NCBI RefSeq assembly: GCF_963676685.1
Contig: NC_092348.1
Location: 6,696,001 to 6,760,000, forward strand
Direction: 5' to 3'
Origin: Mytilus edulis
Taxonomy: Eukaryota
DNA length: 64,000 nt
The notes beneath the pieces were generated by a model that had not been told where the DNA came from, did no database searches, and saw only the letters and a program-made list of their open reading frames with translations. Made by a program: the position numbers and the translations under genes. Position 1 is the first letter of the stretch, and every line of letters begins with the position of its first letter. Positions 1 to 14,400 of the stretch are shown here, one piece after another.

Positions 1-1699
1 CTTGGATTTTACAGCCTCTAGCCATAAAAATGACATGGATCTTGAGATTTCTATAGTCCATAGGTAACTGCAGGGGGTAGGGGTACCAGTTAACTGTATA
101 CAGTATGTTGCACACCTGTCTTGCAGGTAGGAATCACTTTCATGTTTACCTGAGGCAGGTCAATATTTTTGATTGACATTCATGTAAAGACAAATTAGGG
201 AGATTAGCAAGTTATTGTAGAAGAAGTGATAATTTGACTAAAAATGTAAAATAATTTTGTATTATTATATAACGATTGTCATTGTTGTGTGACATTGATT
301 TATTAACTGTCCAGTGGTCAAGTTGTGGTCAAGTTGTGGAATTTTTTAGGTTTAAATGTTCACTTTTGATTTTCAATGGAATAAAAAAGTAAGTTTATTT
401 TATATCTGTGTAAAAAATATTTGATTTGTCTCTTATTTTCCTAGAAATAATTTGACTCTGATACTTCATACAATAAATGTTTTTTTGGTCAAATACTCTG
501 GAATATAAAAAAATATTGGCCATTGTAGAGACATTGAAATTTCTTTCATAAGAACAGGAAACAAAATCCTTACACCAAGTTGAAAAATCCCAACGAAAAG
601 GAATGTTACGTTTATTGTTGTTCCTCATTTCAAAGTTATCAACACAGAGCCTGCACATCACTGCAAGTTTAAAATCCACACAGAGCCTGCACCTCAGTGC
701 GACTTCAATACATTGACTGTTGACCAGGTCTTTGGCTATTTAAGGAGTTTGTGCGACATTTTTACATCCCTACGTAACCATCACGATGAGTCCATTAGAC
801 ATTTTTACATCCCTACCATCACGCTACATGTAATTACCCACTAGATCATTAGATGTCAATATCTAATCGATAACCATGTCAATATCATCATACCTGACCA
901 ATGATTAACATTATGTGTATTTAACACCTTATTATACACTGGACATAATTTTTTCTCTGATCGGGAAAAAAACTGAGGTTTGTCAGATTTTTTTCTTTTT
1001 ATAAAACTTTTTTCGCTATTATTTGTTCCAGTGAGTCTATAAATGATGCTTTCTGCTAATATTGTAATTTTAAAAGTAAATGTGTAATTAAAATGTTAAA
1101 CAAAGTTATGGACATTTTCTATGTTTTCTACCACTTCTTTATTTATGTTCCCTGGGCAACCAAAAATACAGCTATTTAACAGTAAACATGTTTACTTGTT
1201 TCATTTTTCATATTTGATATTTTTTGGAAGGAAATTTCTTTGATTGATGTACATTTGTAGTTGAAAATATGCATTGAACAATTTAACCTGAGTGTGAACC
1301 CTAGACTAACACCTCTACAAATTAGATTTGGCAGTTAGAATGAACTTTACATTGCCAAATAGATCAGATTCAGTGTTCAGAAACAAGATAAAACATTTCA
1401 TTGAACCTTTATCTGTCTGTATATCATTGATAAATTTTATTATGGTTCCTTTCTGTGTAGCACAGAACAAAATATTAGTAAGCCTATCAAGAATAACTTG
1501 ACTTCTTGTAAAACTTGCATAAAATGCTGTTCAGTAAATAAACATACAAGCAAGTTTCCTGATTTGATGTTTTTTTTTTAAATTGAATCACTTCCCGTTA
1601 TAAGAATCTTTTGTTTCAAACAAAGTAAAAAGAATTATAACAATAAATATGTATAAAGTCAGTGTATGCTGTATCTTCCCAAAAGCTAATTATTGATAC

Positions 1700-1945
1700 A
1701 ATGCTCTATATTTGTACAGTTAGCTTTAGTATCAAGTCACACTACACTGTACAGCTTCCCAAATCATTGTTATATATGGAGTGTACAGTTTGTACACTTA
1801 GCCTTAGTATCAAGTCACGGTACATTGTACAGCTCCCCAATTATTGTTATTTATGGAGTGTACAGTTTGTACACTTAGCCTTAGTATCAAGTCACGGTAC
1901 ACTGTACAGCTTCCCAAATCATTGTTATTTATGGAGTGTACAGTA
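1700..1945. repeat. Minisatellite, ~77-78-bp unit, ~3 copies
   Basis: gtatcaagtcac recurs at 1729, 1807 and 1884. Confidence 0.9.
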
Positions 1946-2098
1946 CGTTGAACAATATGTCCCCACGATTTTGTCCAGGTAGATTTCAGATAAGGGTGAT
2001 AAACTTTTATCAATTATTGGCCAATTATCTAGTTGTAAACTTGTAAACTGTAAACTGTATTTATTGCCTTAACTCTAGTTTATGATTTCTCATTTCAG

Positions 2099-2415
2099 AT
2101 AAATATATACTCCAGAAGAATTAACAAAGAAATATTGTCTTGTGAAGAATTGTGGAGTATATTTAAATCGGATGTGACTTCTTAAGGAATAGCAAGTGAT
2201 TCAAATTTCATTTTAAAAATGAGGATTTAAATAAGATTAGCGGATTTATATATGGATATAATATATGAAGTGAAAGTTTTATAATGTAAGGATGTTATAG
2301 ATATTTTTTGTTGGAGATATATATTATTTGTTAGAATTCTACTTCTGAGATTTATAAAGCTAGGAAGCTTTCGCGTCCAATGAATCTTACTTAGCCGGGA
2401 ACCGACGGCAATGTC
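2099..2415 (+). other. 5' UTR part of the first coding exon of the ed-like gene
   Basis: Strong acceptor tttctcatttcag|2099 continuing to the signal-peptide ATG; the upstream non-coding exon was not located confidently. Confidence 0.5.
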
Positions 2416-2467
2416 ATGTGGATTAGCATCTTACGATTGTTGCTTCTACTTCTGCACATTTTGGAAG
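2416..2467 (+). CDS. ed-like exon 1: signal peptide MWISILRLLLLLLHILE
   Basis: Hydrophobic leader, donor AAG|gtgaga, phase 1 matches exon 2 (V-VIGASWEQ). Confidence 0.8.
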
Positions 2468-5400
2468 GTGAGAATTATTTGTCATTGTTTGTAGTAGGAA
2501 AAATAAACAATCTGATTATTTTCAAGCAATAAATTGGTTCAGAAGTTAGCCAATGAGGGATGAATAGTTACCAAAAGATTATGAAAATTACTGATTATTC
2601 AGTATTCATAGGAAGTTTATGCTCTAGTTTCCTGCTAAATATGAGATCTCCCATATAAAAACCTATTTAATACTTGAGAGAGAAAAAAAATAGTGAGCAC
2701 AAAAATGATAAAATTTTGAAAAGTGAAGCATTAGAAATGAGCATTCAGATATATTGAAACATATATCATTTGCATTTTCATTTTCAATATTTAACCTAAA
2801 GCATTTTCATTTTTAATAATTAACCTCTTGGAAAATGGTTAAATTTTCTGATGTTATTAGTACTGTCCTTCAGATGGAGAAAAATTATTAAGAAAACATC
2901 TGGGAATGCTTCCTGAATCTATTTTATATAATTGGAATCGGAAACTTTATAATTAATTTCTCTATTTTAATGTAAAAGCCCTTCTAACTTATAATAGTTT
3001 TACCACTGGTAGTTGTGAATATTGCATTAATCTGTCAGTTCTGACAACTATAATTATATCAAATGTTGTCTTTCCTTCCACTTTTGTTTTTTCCCTAAAT
3101 GAAGGTATACTTCAATAAGACAGAAACTCAGCTACAAAATTAACCAAAAGACATTTAGTGGGCAACATATAGTTTTCAGCAATATACTTTTGGGTTGTTT
3201 CTTGAGCACAAAGTATTTTCCAGTATTATTTCATGTGATGGTCCATATTTCTAAATATTTGCATCTGGTCTTCATATTCCTAAAACAGAGATGGACTTAC
3301 TGCTTATTTCTGGCTATTTCAAAATGTATTGGGTCTCGACAGATACCATACATCTTAAATAAAAGCAAGATTTCCTATTCCAGATTTTTTTTTACCTAAC
3401 TTTAAGTATCGGAAACTGTCCTACTTCGTCTTAATTGTGTAACATAAAAATAAATATTGAATTAAATTGGGTCTCAAGAAACGTAACAAATTTATCATAA
3501 AATTAATTACAGATTTCACCAACAATTACAATATCAATTTGCTGTTAAAAAACAATTAGGACAAATTTCTGTTTTATGTTATGAAAATGAAAAGAAGGAA
3601 TGTTAATTCATTTAAACTGATTCATAATTTTTTTATCCCTGTAAATTATACTCTAATTTGACTATGTTTCTTGAGTTTCACTATTCTTTTCACTCTATGA
3701 AGTGTAAAATTGTGGGGTAGAATCAAGATTTTATCATAGCCTTGTCAGATGTTTCTGACATGGGACTTTTTCAAGGTGAGTGGGTAGGTCATGAGTAAGA
3801 TTTAAAAAAATACAAACAAGCAATTCAACTTGATTAAATGAATTAAACTTTATTTATAAACAATCCACAAAAAACTGATTTTTATCTAAACTTGGACCAG
3901 AAATTGATTAGATAATTATTTACTGTCCTTTCATTGGATTTCACAATTACACCAGAAATAATCTTCCAGCTATACATGATAATTTCATCAAATTCAACAC
4001 GTTTCTGTGAAAATTCCATGAAAATTGAAGAATTCAGAAATTTCAAGTACTAAAACTGAAATTCTTGACCGCAGTCCAGAGTTCAACTTCCTGGAAAGAG
4101 AGAGTGACTTTTGTTAATAAAGTGCCATTATCCAAATTCTGTCCATTTTTGTCCGTTTTATATTTAAAATCTACTATTTTCGTTTTAATTCAAATCCTTG
4201 TCTTTGGAATTTGCTTATTATGATTAAGCTAAAAATTCAGATAATTCAAAATATTTTGACCGAACAATTCCTACAAACTTATTGATGTTTGCAGGAATTA
4301 AATATATTGAGTGAATTACTCTGTATGATTCAGATTTCTGACAGTAATGAAATCGTGATAAGACCATAGAGTACGTGTATTACAAATGACTGAGTGGTTT
4401 ATAATAGTAGCCTCTATTGTAGCGGTCAGTAAGGGTCAGTGTCAAGCCTGTTAGTGGACACAGCAGACGACAATGATGTATGTTTTGTAGACATGTGTTC
4501 TTTAGCTTATGTTCAGGTGTCAAGGAAGAAAGTTTAATTGAAATATTCCCATTAAACTGGTTCACTCAAATTAATTACATTCTTTATGTAGATTTTCTGA
4601 AAGAAGCTGAAATAGATTGGAACAATGATTTTTAATAGATATTCAATTGAATTAAATAAGTTAATTAATGGCAATAGCTTATAAAAGTACTTGTAGTATT
4701 GTTTTCATGTAATGTTGCTTTTCTTATTTCTTCAATGTAAAATGAGGAGAATCACAGTTTTATAGGAATTTCCCTTAAAAATAGAATCGTATATTTGACA
4801 CATATAATCCATTTCTGTTTTCTTAATGAAAGTTTCTCCTATTTCAGTCGTTATTGTCATTATTTAAGCTCTTTTCTTAATCATGTTAATGAAGGTGTGT
4901 CTTTTTATGAGCATGATGTTTTGCAAGGATTTTTATTGAACTCATATTATTTCTGATCAATTTTGTTTTCACTAGTATCAGTAATAACCTTGTGAAAATT
5001 TCAAAGTTATTGGTCATCTGGTCTTTGATCAGTTTTAATGATTTCCGTTCAAAGTTTTACTCTTGAAAAGTAAATAAACAACAAAAGACTGTAGAAAATC
5101 AGTAACGTCACGATATGTAAGGGTGGGGCTAACTGTGAAAAAACTAGTGGTGATTATGGCAAACTACCCTGTTAAAAAAAGCCATAAAGAGGAGCCTTTA
5201 ATGAGTCATCTAGGTAATCCCCTGCTGTTATTTTTAACGATATTTCCTCTGGACAGCTCTCTACAAAAGGAAGTTTCTGAGAGTATTGTCGCCCTCTACA
5301 TGATAATACAATCAATATAGTGTGTTGACAATGGCTTATAAAGAGATAAAAGTTAGCGTTAGATAAGATACTGAACACCAGGTGGGGTTATGCAAGTTTA

Positions 5401-8400
5401 AAGTGTCATAATTCAGAGTGATTTGGACCTTAAAAAGTGTTGTATTTGATAAACTTAAATCTACATGTATATAAATTATTAAAAATTCGAAAAGTTTAGA
5501 TTTTTGGTACACGTTGGTATTCATTAACATGAATCTGTACTGATATGATTTTGTTCAATTGTTCCAATGATCTGCTTTTAGACTTGAGGACAGTTACTGG
5601 TCATTTATTGAGACTATAAATACACACAATACAAGACCTATCATACAACTTAAGATTTGACTTTTATTTCTCCTGTTAAAACATTGTATTAACCTTGCAC
5701 ACCATAAAACATTAGAAACCTAATGTTCTAAAGCCTAGCATACACTAAAATCTAGGAAAAATGAATGATAAAAGCTCATTAAAGTATAAAACTAATTTGA
5801 AAAATGCATGTGTCACATAAAAGAACAATTAATAACTATCAATCAAGTGAATACAAGTTTTTTCCACCAAGAAAATATTATATAAACCTTGGCCATTGGC
5901 CTCTGTGAATATAATATTCTTGGGATAATATATCCCAAATTTCCTTTACATAGACAATATTCATACATTATAGGAAAATATTAAATATATAGTAGCTTTA
6001 GAAAGAATTGTTACCAACAAAAAGCAGTCTGTAGCAAAATATCATATAAAAATGCATAATAATGTCAATAATATGTACTACATATATTAGGGTACATGTT
6101 AATTGTAGGTTATATAAAACATGAGTTCTATAGTATGATATACCTACTGTCTGTTTCAGTCGTGATATTTATATAAATGTGAGTATTGTATGATATAATA
6201 AACTTTCTGTCTGTTTCAGTCGTGATAGGAGCATCATGGGAACAGAGACCAACCGATGTCACGGCACCGGTCGGTAGTACAGTCACATTAACATGTAAAG
6301 TTACGGGTGAACCGGGTTTTGTTACATGGAATAAAAATGGTAATACACTTGCTGTGGGAACAAGTGTAGTATCAAGTGATAGCCGTATTACTGTTCCAGT
6401 AGCTTCTAAGTTTAACCTGCAGATAACTAATCTGCAAAAAAGTGATGATGATGATTATACGTGTAACATACAAAATATACAGCCAGACTCGCAGAAAGCT
6501 GTCACTGTACACCTGACTGTTTTAGGTTAGTATCTATCTTGTTGTGTAAAAAGTGAAATGACTGTTCTGAGTTAGTATATACAATTTAATGTAGATTCAG
6601 GAAATAATGACTGCTTAAGGTAAGTATCTGTCTTGCAGTGTACCAGTACATTAAGTAGACATTGGCTGTAATTGGCTAGTTTTCGCCTTAGTCCATTTTT
6701 TTTTAGCTTTATAACATTATTAAAAGAGTTTAAATACATCTTGCAACATTACATGCCTGAGTATGGTTAGTAATTTTTATAAATTACAAATGGTGCATCT
6801 AGACTCATTAGGTACAAAATAATCCTAAAGATCAATGCAGCATATACTACATTGTATTATACCTCAACAGAATTACTGTGCTGTATTGAAACAATGACTG
6901 ACCTATTTAGATATAGGAAGATGGGGTATAATTGACCATGAGAAAACTCCCCACCAGGGACTAAATGATGTAGAAATTAAGAACCATATATCACTGTTTC
7001 AGCCTTCAACAGTGAGCAATACCAATATCCTATATTTACCTATAAAAGGTCGGAAATGAAAAATGTAAAACAATTCGAAGTTGAATACCAACAGCCTGAT
7101 ATATGTACAAAACAATAAACAAAAAACAAATATTTTAGAAACATACAGTGAATATTTTATTGATGAAAAAAAAGTGTTGTAAGGGAGATAACTCTAGGTT
7201 AGAATATGAAAAGAAACTGAAAAATATATTCTCTAATATTGATATGTTTATTTTCTTTTTTAGTGACTCCTGGCCAGCCAAGTATTTCAATCAATGACAC
7301 TCGACCACAAAAAGTGGAAAAGGATGTTGTGTCATTAACTTGTTCGTCTTCGGGAGGCAATCCACCTCCTGAATTTACATGGACCAAAAATGGATTAGTG
7401 CTCAATTCAAACATTATAGTAACAAAAGTCCCAAACGGATTATCGTCTAGTCAATTAACTGTTCATTTGGATTATAGTGATCATTTAGCGCCTTATTCAT
7501 GTAGTGTCAGAAACTCTGTCAATCAGAATAATCCGTATTCCACATCAACACAAATATCGGTGCTTTGTAAGTATTTAAATACAAATTATATTTCTATAAG
7601 CAACAGTTCACATATTATATTATAAATGGGGAGATTTCAAGTATATTGAACATTTTTAATGATCTATATTCTTAAATGACAACATTACTGCTAAAATGAA
7701 AATAATTGAAAAGTTCTAATATAAACTGTGGATTCATTATTATTTGTGGGGTATAAATTTGTTCATTGATTTTGTGGATAAATGTTAACCATGAATTTAA
7801 ATGTTCAATTAAAACCAGGAAATCAAATATCCAGGTAAATACCAATTTCCCTCAATGCCTGAAATTTGGTACTCCTGAAAATAAATGAATCCACAGTATC
7901 TTTTTGGGCGAATTTTGATACTCAGATATGAAGTTTTATTTAGTTAGCAGCAAAACTGGCATTCAACAATATTGAAATAACTTCTTTAACAAACATTTAT
8001 AATTTACATCAACTTCGAAGTAATTTTTTTTGGGAGTCAAAACTATGAGCTCACCTACACCAAAAACAACTCTTTTATTGAAAAGATTTTGATATAGGCG
8101 ATGAAGATTCTCATAATAATAATGATGTTTCTTGGCTGCACACAAACTTTTAACAAAAGGAAACAGGAGGAAAAACTTTAAATTCAATAATTTCAATTTC
8201 TTGAAAATGGAGCATACATGTATTATGACTTAATCTTGTGTAATCTACATGTATTTACGGTTTTTTATACAAGATGTTCAAAGTTAAAAGAGATCATAAA
8301 AGCGTCTTTTTCAGGACCAAAAATAGGTGTTAAATTCCTTTAAATAAAAAAATAAAAAAGTATAATTTTTAAATCTACAAGCATGGCACTTGTTCCAGGA

Positions 8401-11400
8401 ATAATCTTCAGCAGGTACAAGTAAGTTCAAATAGCAATAAAATGTTTGAGGGCACAAAAACATTATGTTCCTCACAATATTTTTGTGCTCAACATGAACA
8501 GTCAAACATTGGAATGAACAAAGAAAGATAACTCTGGTTTTTTTTTGTAGATCATCCGAGAATAACATTTAAACCATATAAAGACTTATCATTAGAGTTA
8601 GGAAGTGCAGGATCATTAACATGTAATGTTAGTGCAAACCCACAAGTAAATTCTATATCATGGACCAAAGATGGACAACCTCTTCAAAGTAAGAAAACAG
8701 AACACAGATTATTCAATCCCCCTTGGTGTAATGCTTATACATTTGTTACCATTTCTGATGTCCGATATAAAATATAAGTGTAAAGGAGCACACAAAGTTG
8801 TTGTATACAGATTTAAGTTGTAAAAAAATCAACTTTTTGGACACAGATTTGAGAAATTATCAGACTTACTGAGCTCCTCTGCTGTTTCATAACAAATACA
8901 ATCAAGTTTTATATTTTCAACAATGTATATTATCCTTAACCTTCATTTTAACATTGGATGCATTAAAAAAATTCAAAAATTTGTTAGATTTAGAGAACAC
9001 CAGAATGGAATATTTGCTCACAGCAGAAGAAGAATATAAGAAGATTAAATATGTATCTACTATACAGATATAGCTTCTCTTGCATTTGTGTAGTAAAATG
9101 GTATTTTGTAGGATAACTGACAGAACCCAACAATAAACAATCTGAACAATGCTAAAAAACCATGTTTCCTTTAACATGAAATAAAAGAAGATCTTATATG
9201 AGTGTAGGTCAGTGACAAAGCAACCCAACAACACTAAAAACAAAAGAGAGATTTTACCATTGAAACTAAATGTAAAAAATCTGAATGGATGTTAATTTTG
9301 TTCTTAAATCATTTGAAGTTTGAATTACATTGTCATGATAAAAAAAGCATCAGATCAGCTAGATTTAAGAATAAAGTGTGAGTTTTTTTTTTGCTTTGAA
9401 CTTGCCTTTTTACATAATGATTAATCTTCTGTCATTTTTTTTTAGCCACAAATTCCCGCATAGATTTTTCACCGGCCAGTAAAACTGACAGTGGATCATA
9501 CTCATGTTCATCTTCCAATTCAATAAATGGCATCACTAAACCAGCTACAGACACAGCAACAGTCAATGTTTTATGTAAGTATTTTATTTGAAGAGAGAGA
9601 GAATTGACATGACTGACACCATTGATCTCTGATGTTGAACAAAACAGCAAACATGAAAAAGAAAGAAAGGAACGACAATTAAAAAAAAGCAGTATGAGTT
9701 GACTCTTGTTATCTCTTAAAAGTTTTAAACTAGACAAAAATGTTATTATCTCACATTGAATTAAGTAGGAAACTTTTAAAAAACATTCTGATTGTGATCA
9801 AAGGGACGCAACTCCATAGTACTAAGCAGAAAACTTTTAAAGGAAAAAAAGCATTTTGATTTTGATTAAAGGGACACAACTCTGTAATACCATGATAAAT
9901 TGAAGTATTGCATGATTTAGCTAGGGGATCAATAGTATTTTTTAGTTGTGGAAAATTGTCCTTTGCTTTTTTTAATTTAATTTTCCCTTATTTTGATAAT
10001 TTTTCAAAAGAGAATTTAAAAACAAAACACTCGTAGAATAGGTTTGAGTAGTTCACATTGATTAGGGACATAAATCCCCACTGACTGTTCGATATGTAAG
10101 AAATAACTAGATTCTTTTCTTTCTTCAGATCCTCCAGTCATTACAATACCAGAAGTTTACGAAGTAAATGAATCAGCGACATTAGATATCACATGTAATG
10201 TTGATGCTTACCCCACCCCCTTTTACACAAGATGGCAGAAGACCGACAACAGTATCCAATCAAACAACAACCGATTAACTATTGACAATATCAAACGTTC
10301 ACACAAGGGCAACTACTCGTGTATCTCTAAGAATGCTATGAGGCCGTCAGGAGATTCTGAACGTATTGAAGAAAGGATTAAATATACATATCTCTATGTT
10401 AGATGTAAGTTAGTAAAAAAAAAAAGAGTTTTAATGTGCAATTGTGTAATTGAATTCTATCATCTTTTAGAATGTAAAACTATGTTTTAGAAATATTGGT
10501 AATTTGTTTTAAGCAGCTTCAGTTTTAATTGTGCATGTGTTGTCTACTTTTCTCCAAGTTTTTTTTCCAATTTTTTGATGCAATTCATATCTCAATGGCT
10601 TTGGACAGACACCTTGATCCTGATATGCATGTAATATTTGCCACTGCACTTTGAAGAACATTCCATTGTCATCATTAACCATAATATTTCAAATTGCATT
10701 AGGATTACAATTTAAATTAAAGATGAGCAAGAACCAATGAAGTTGGATATATCTATCTTTAATTTAACATTATGCATGTGGATCGATTCAAATATTTTCT
10801 GTCAATTATGAGCAAATTATAAAAATGCTTATAGTAGAACATATAAGCATGTTTTGTGTTATTGAGTGATAGATAGTTTAGTGATAATGATATAAACACA
10901 TGATATTTTATATTTTTCAGATTCCCCTGGCAGTTCTAACATTGCCCCAGTTTCACCTGTTTTTGTAGGAAATTCTCTGACTCTTACCTGCTCTGTTAGT
11001 GATCCAGGTAATTATATTATATACTATGTAATTAATAGATACAGAATAATGCATCGATTTTACATGGATATTCAAGGATAAACAATTAAAATTATTCATC
11101 AAATCATAGTAAGCACATAAACAGGTTCTTCATGGCCAGTTTGGACACCTTTAAAGACATGTGTTATACAAAGTTTATTAACAGATCCCAAAAAGTAACT
11201 GTATTCTTAAATTTAGGAATAATTGATTGAAATGCACTTTGGAAACACTCAAAGCATATTTACATTAACCAAATATAAACATTTAGCATTAATGAATCAA
11301 TATCCTTTGGTTTTCAGATGATTACGTTTTCTATATTTCTCTGAATATTTCATGTATGCTTATTTCTTTTCAAATTTGTCAAGTGTCAGGCTATAATGAA

Positions 11401-14400
11401 ATTTGGCAATTTTAATTTTAAGGCTATCCAGCACCAACATATGAATGGAGAAAAGTTGAAACCAACCAGTTATTAGCAACAGAAACTTCACGACTTATAA
11501 TTAATGGAGTCACGTTACAAGATAATGGCAACTATTCCTGTACACCTAAAAACATGATGGGGAGGGGAGGCTCAAGTACAGTCCCTGTGGTTGTCAATGG
11601 TGAGTACTTGTAATATAATCATAGTATTTCAAATTCACATCCTATATATATATATTCCTAGTAGTTAAAGTTTGTAAACTTTCGTTTTGGTAAATTTAAT
11701 TTGTTAAGTATAAACCACTTCCATCTCCACATATATGTTTTCATTGTTTTAATGAATATATATGATTGATTTTTTTTAAACCATCAATTTGCAATGTTTG
11801 ATACTTGTTTTTAAAATCTGAAATCTTTTTCTTTTCTTAAATAAAATGGAGTTATTTCCCATTGATTAGCAATAACATTCAATTTAAACAATTTTTCAAT
11901 GAGAAATTGTCTTAATATTTTATGTATTTTTTTTTTCTCCTCAGAAAAACCAACATATGTAGGTGTTCATAAAGACAAAGATACTATATACAACAACAGA
12001 ACAGGTTATTGGTTACAGTGTAAAGTAAGAGGACGTCCAGAACCATTAATTCAGTGGTATAAAAACGGCAAACCTTTGGATACGTCGGGGAAATTATATA
12101 GATTAACCACTACTGTTCTACCAGTCGACACATTCAGTTTCCTTGTCACTAGTCAAGTTTATTTACAAGGTAATATTCATATAGTTTATAATGAGGTAAT
12201 ATTCTTATAATTTATAATTGGGGAATTTAAGTTGCAGAAAGTTCATGGATTACTTCCCTTTACAATAGATTTAAGGAAAATATTTATGCATGTGTAAAAT
12301 GAGCTTTGTTGTTCTTTTCCTGTTCAAGACATGATAAGGAACCTTTGAAGGAAGTTGTAAATCTTCTTTCTCATTTGATTACCAATAATTGCAAATCATT
12401 GTATTACAAGGATATGATATTATCTTTTATTATTTTTGAAATAAAGGTTTCCTTTTCAATGTTGATTTTATTTTTCTATCAAATTAGGTCATGGCATTAT
12501 GTTTCCTCCCAGCAGGGGAAGGTGAAAGTTCAAAAGTTTATACTGTAGATTCTAGTTAACCTACTCTTGTTTTAATATAAGTGCCATAAATTTGAATATA
12601 TGCAGTTTAAATGATTAGAAATCTCTACTTTTCATTAAAAATTACTTTCGGAGTAATATAAATTAACAAGATTTTTCATAATTGCCAATGAGACAACTAC
12701 CCACCAATGAGAAAAATATATGATTTTGTCATGGTTGTTTGGGAGTTATCCGAGTCTGACTTGTTTATTTATATATTGTTGTTATTTGTAGGAAGTGATC
12801 GTGTTGGCACAACCTCCCCACAGATCTCTGATGTAGCTAGTTATATTTGTAAAGAAACCACGTCAAACATTAATCATACAACACAACTATTTATATACTG
12901 TAAGTATAACACTTCAATGGTGGATTCAGGGTTGTTGTTACATGGAAACACATATACATGGGACACATGTTAACTTAGCATTAATTTTATAAATCTGCTC
13001 TAAAGTATCAAGCATACCTGACATTCAATATAAGCTTCTCCTTTCAAGTAAAACTAAAGAACCGTTGTGAGAATGCTCACGCCCACACATGATAAAAGTT
13101 TCAAAGTTGCATGAAATTCTGTTGAGTGGATTCAGAGGAGTTGCAAATGAGAACTGTTGCAGTAGTATATAATGGTCAAAAGTTTAATTTGATATTTTAC
13201 ATCCCCCTCCTCCCCCAGCCATAATTTCACAAAGTGTGTGAGTATTATATATTACCGCCAACCATAACTTTAAAAAGTTTGTGTTTTTTTGTAGTTCCCC
13301 CAACTATAACTCCCGATGAGAAGGAAGCATCCATTGCTGGGGGTACAGCTCAGTTGAAATGTTTTGGAGAGGGATATCCTGTACCAAACTTTGTCTGGAA
13401 GAGGAACAATGCTGTGATTAGTTCTGGAGGGAGACTTACAATTCATCAAACCAAAGTTATAAGTGTAACGAGATCTGAAAGCATTCTACAGATAGATAGA
13501 ATTGTTGGTCAAGATTTCGGACCTTATTCGTGTGAGATGTCCAATCAGTTTGGGAAAACAACTAAAACCATCACTTTAACAGTCAAAAGTAAGTTGGTAA
13601 TTTTAGTTTAAATGTTTTCAGCTGCTATTTTAGATATTAGATATTGAAGCTTCTCTTTATTGTAATAACTAGAATAGATTTTTTTTTAAATCAGGATGGA
13701 CCAGATCTGTCGATTTCCCATAAAAACAGGAGTGTTCTTTGTATCTTTTTTTTATGATTATTGAAAAATCAAATTCTTTTTGACTGTAACATAATTGTAA
13801 AGGGAATATGAATGTTTTGAAGAAACAATTGTAAATATGGTACCCGATATTTCCATTGTAGCCCCTGTTAATGCACAATAAATTTTATTCGATATGCTGT
13901 TGGATACACAACAATAAATTATACTGGCGAGTTTTGATGAGAATAGCATGAGATATTATCCATTAATGGATAAATGTTTTTATTTTGTTGACAGAACAGA
14001 CTTTTTTTGTAGATGAGAAAAGTTCAGCATGAACACTTTTAATACTAACTGCTATTTTGAAATCTTTTTTTTTTTATTCAGTATTTTTCCAACATTTGCA
14101 TTTTTTTTCCCTTTTTCTCAGCATGCTTAAATTTCCATTGTCTAATATCCACATCTTTACAGCATTCCTGCTAAATTTATTCAAGAATTCTTAGAGCTTT
14201 TATTCCTTTGCTTGAAGCTGAGATCAGCAGTAAGAAAGATAACAATGTATATAGATAACATTTAATTTACCCTCATGTGCATGGATTTAGTGCATCTTGT
14301 AAAAAATTTACCTTTCTTTGATTCGCTGTCGTAACTTGTCAGTCATGTAAACAGAGGATTTCGGCAATTTTACATCAATTTATATATAATTGGTGAGTAT

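Noticed and set aside
1-70. Possible donor (TAG|gtaact at 63) of an upstream non-coding exon
   Set aside because: Plausible, but a lone motif at the window edge with no further support.
1662-2013. Overlapping ORFs on both strands
   Set aside because: They lie in the 77-78-bp tandem repeat.
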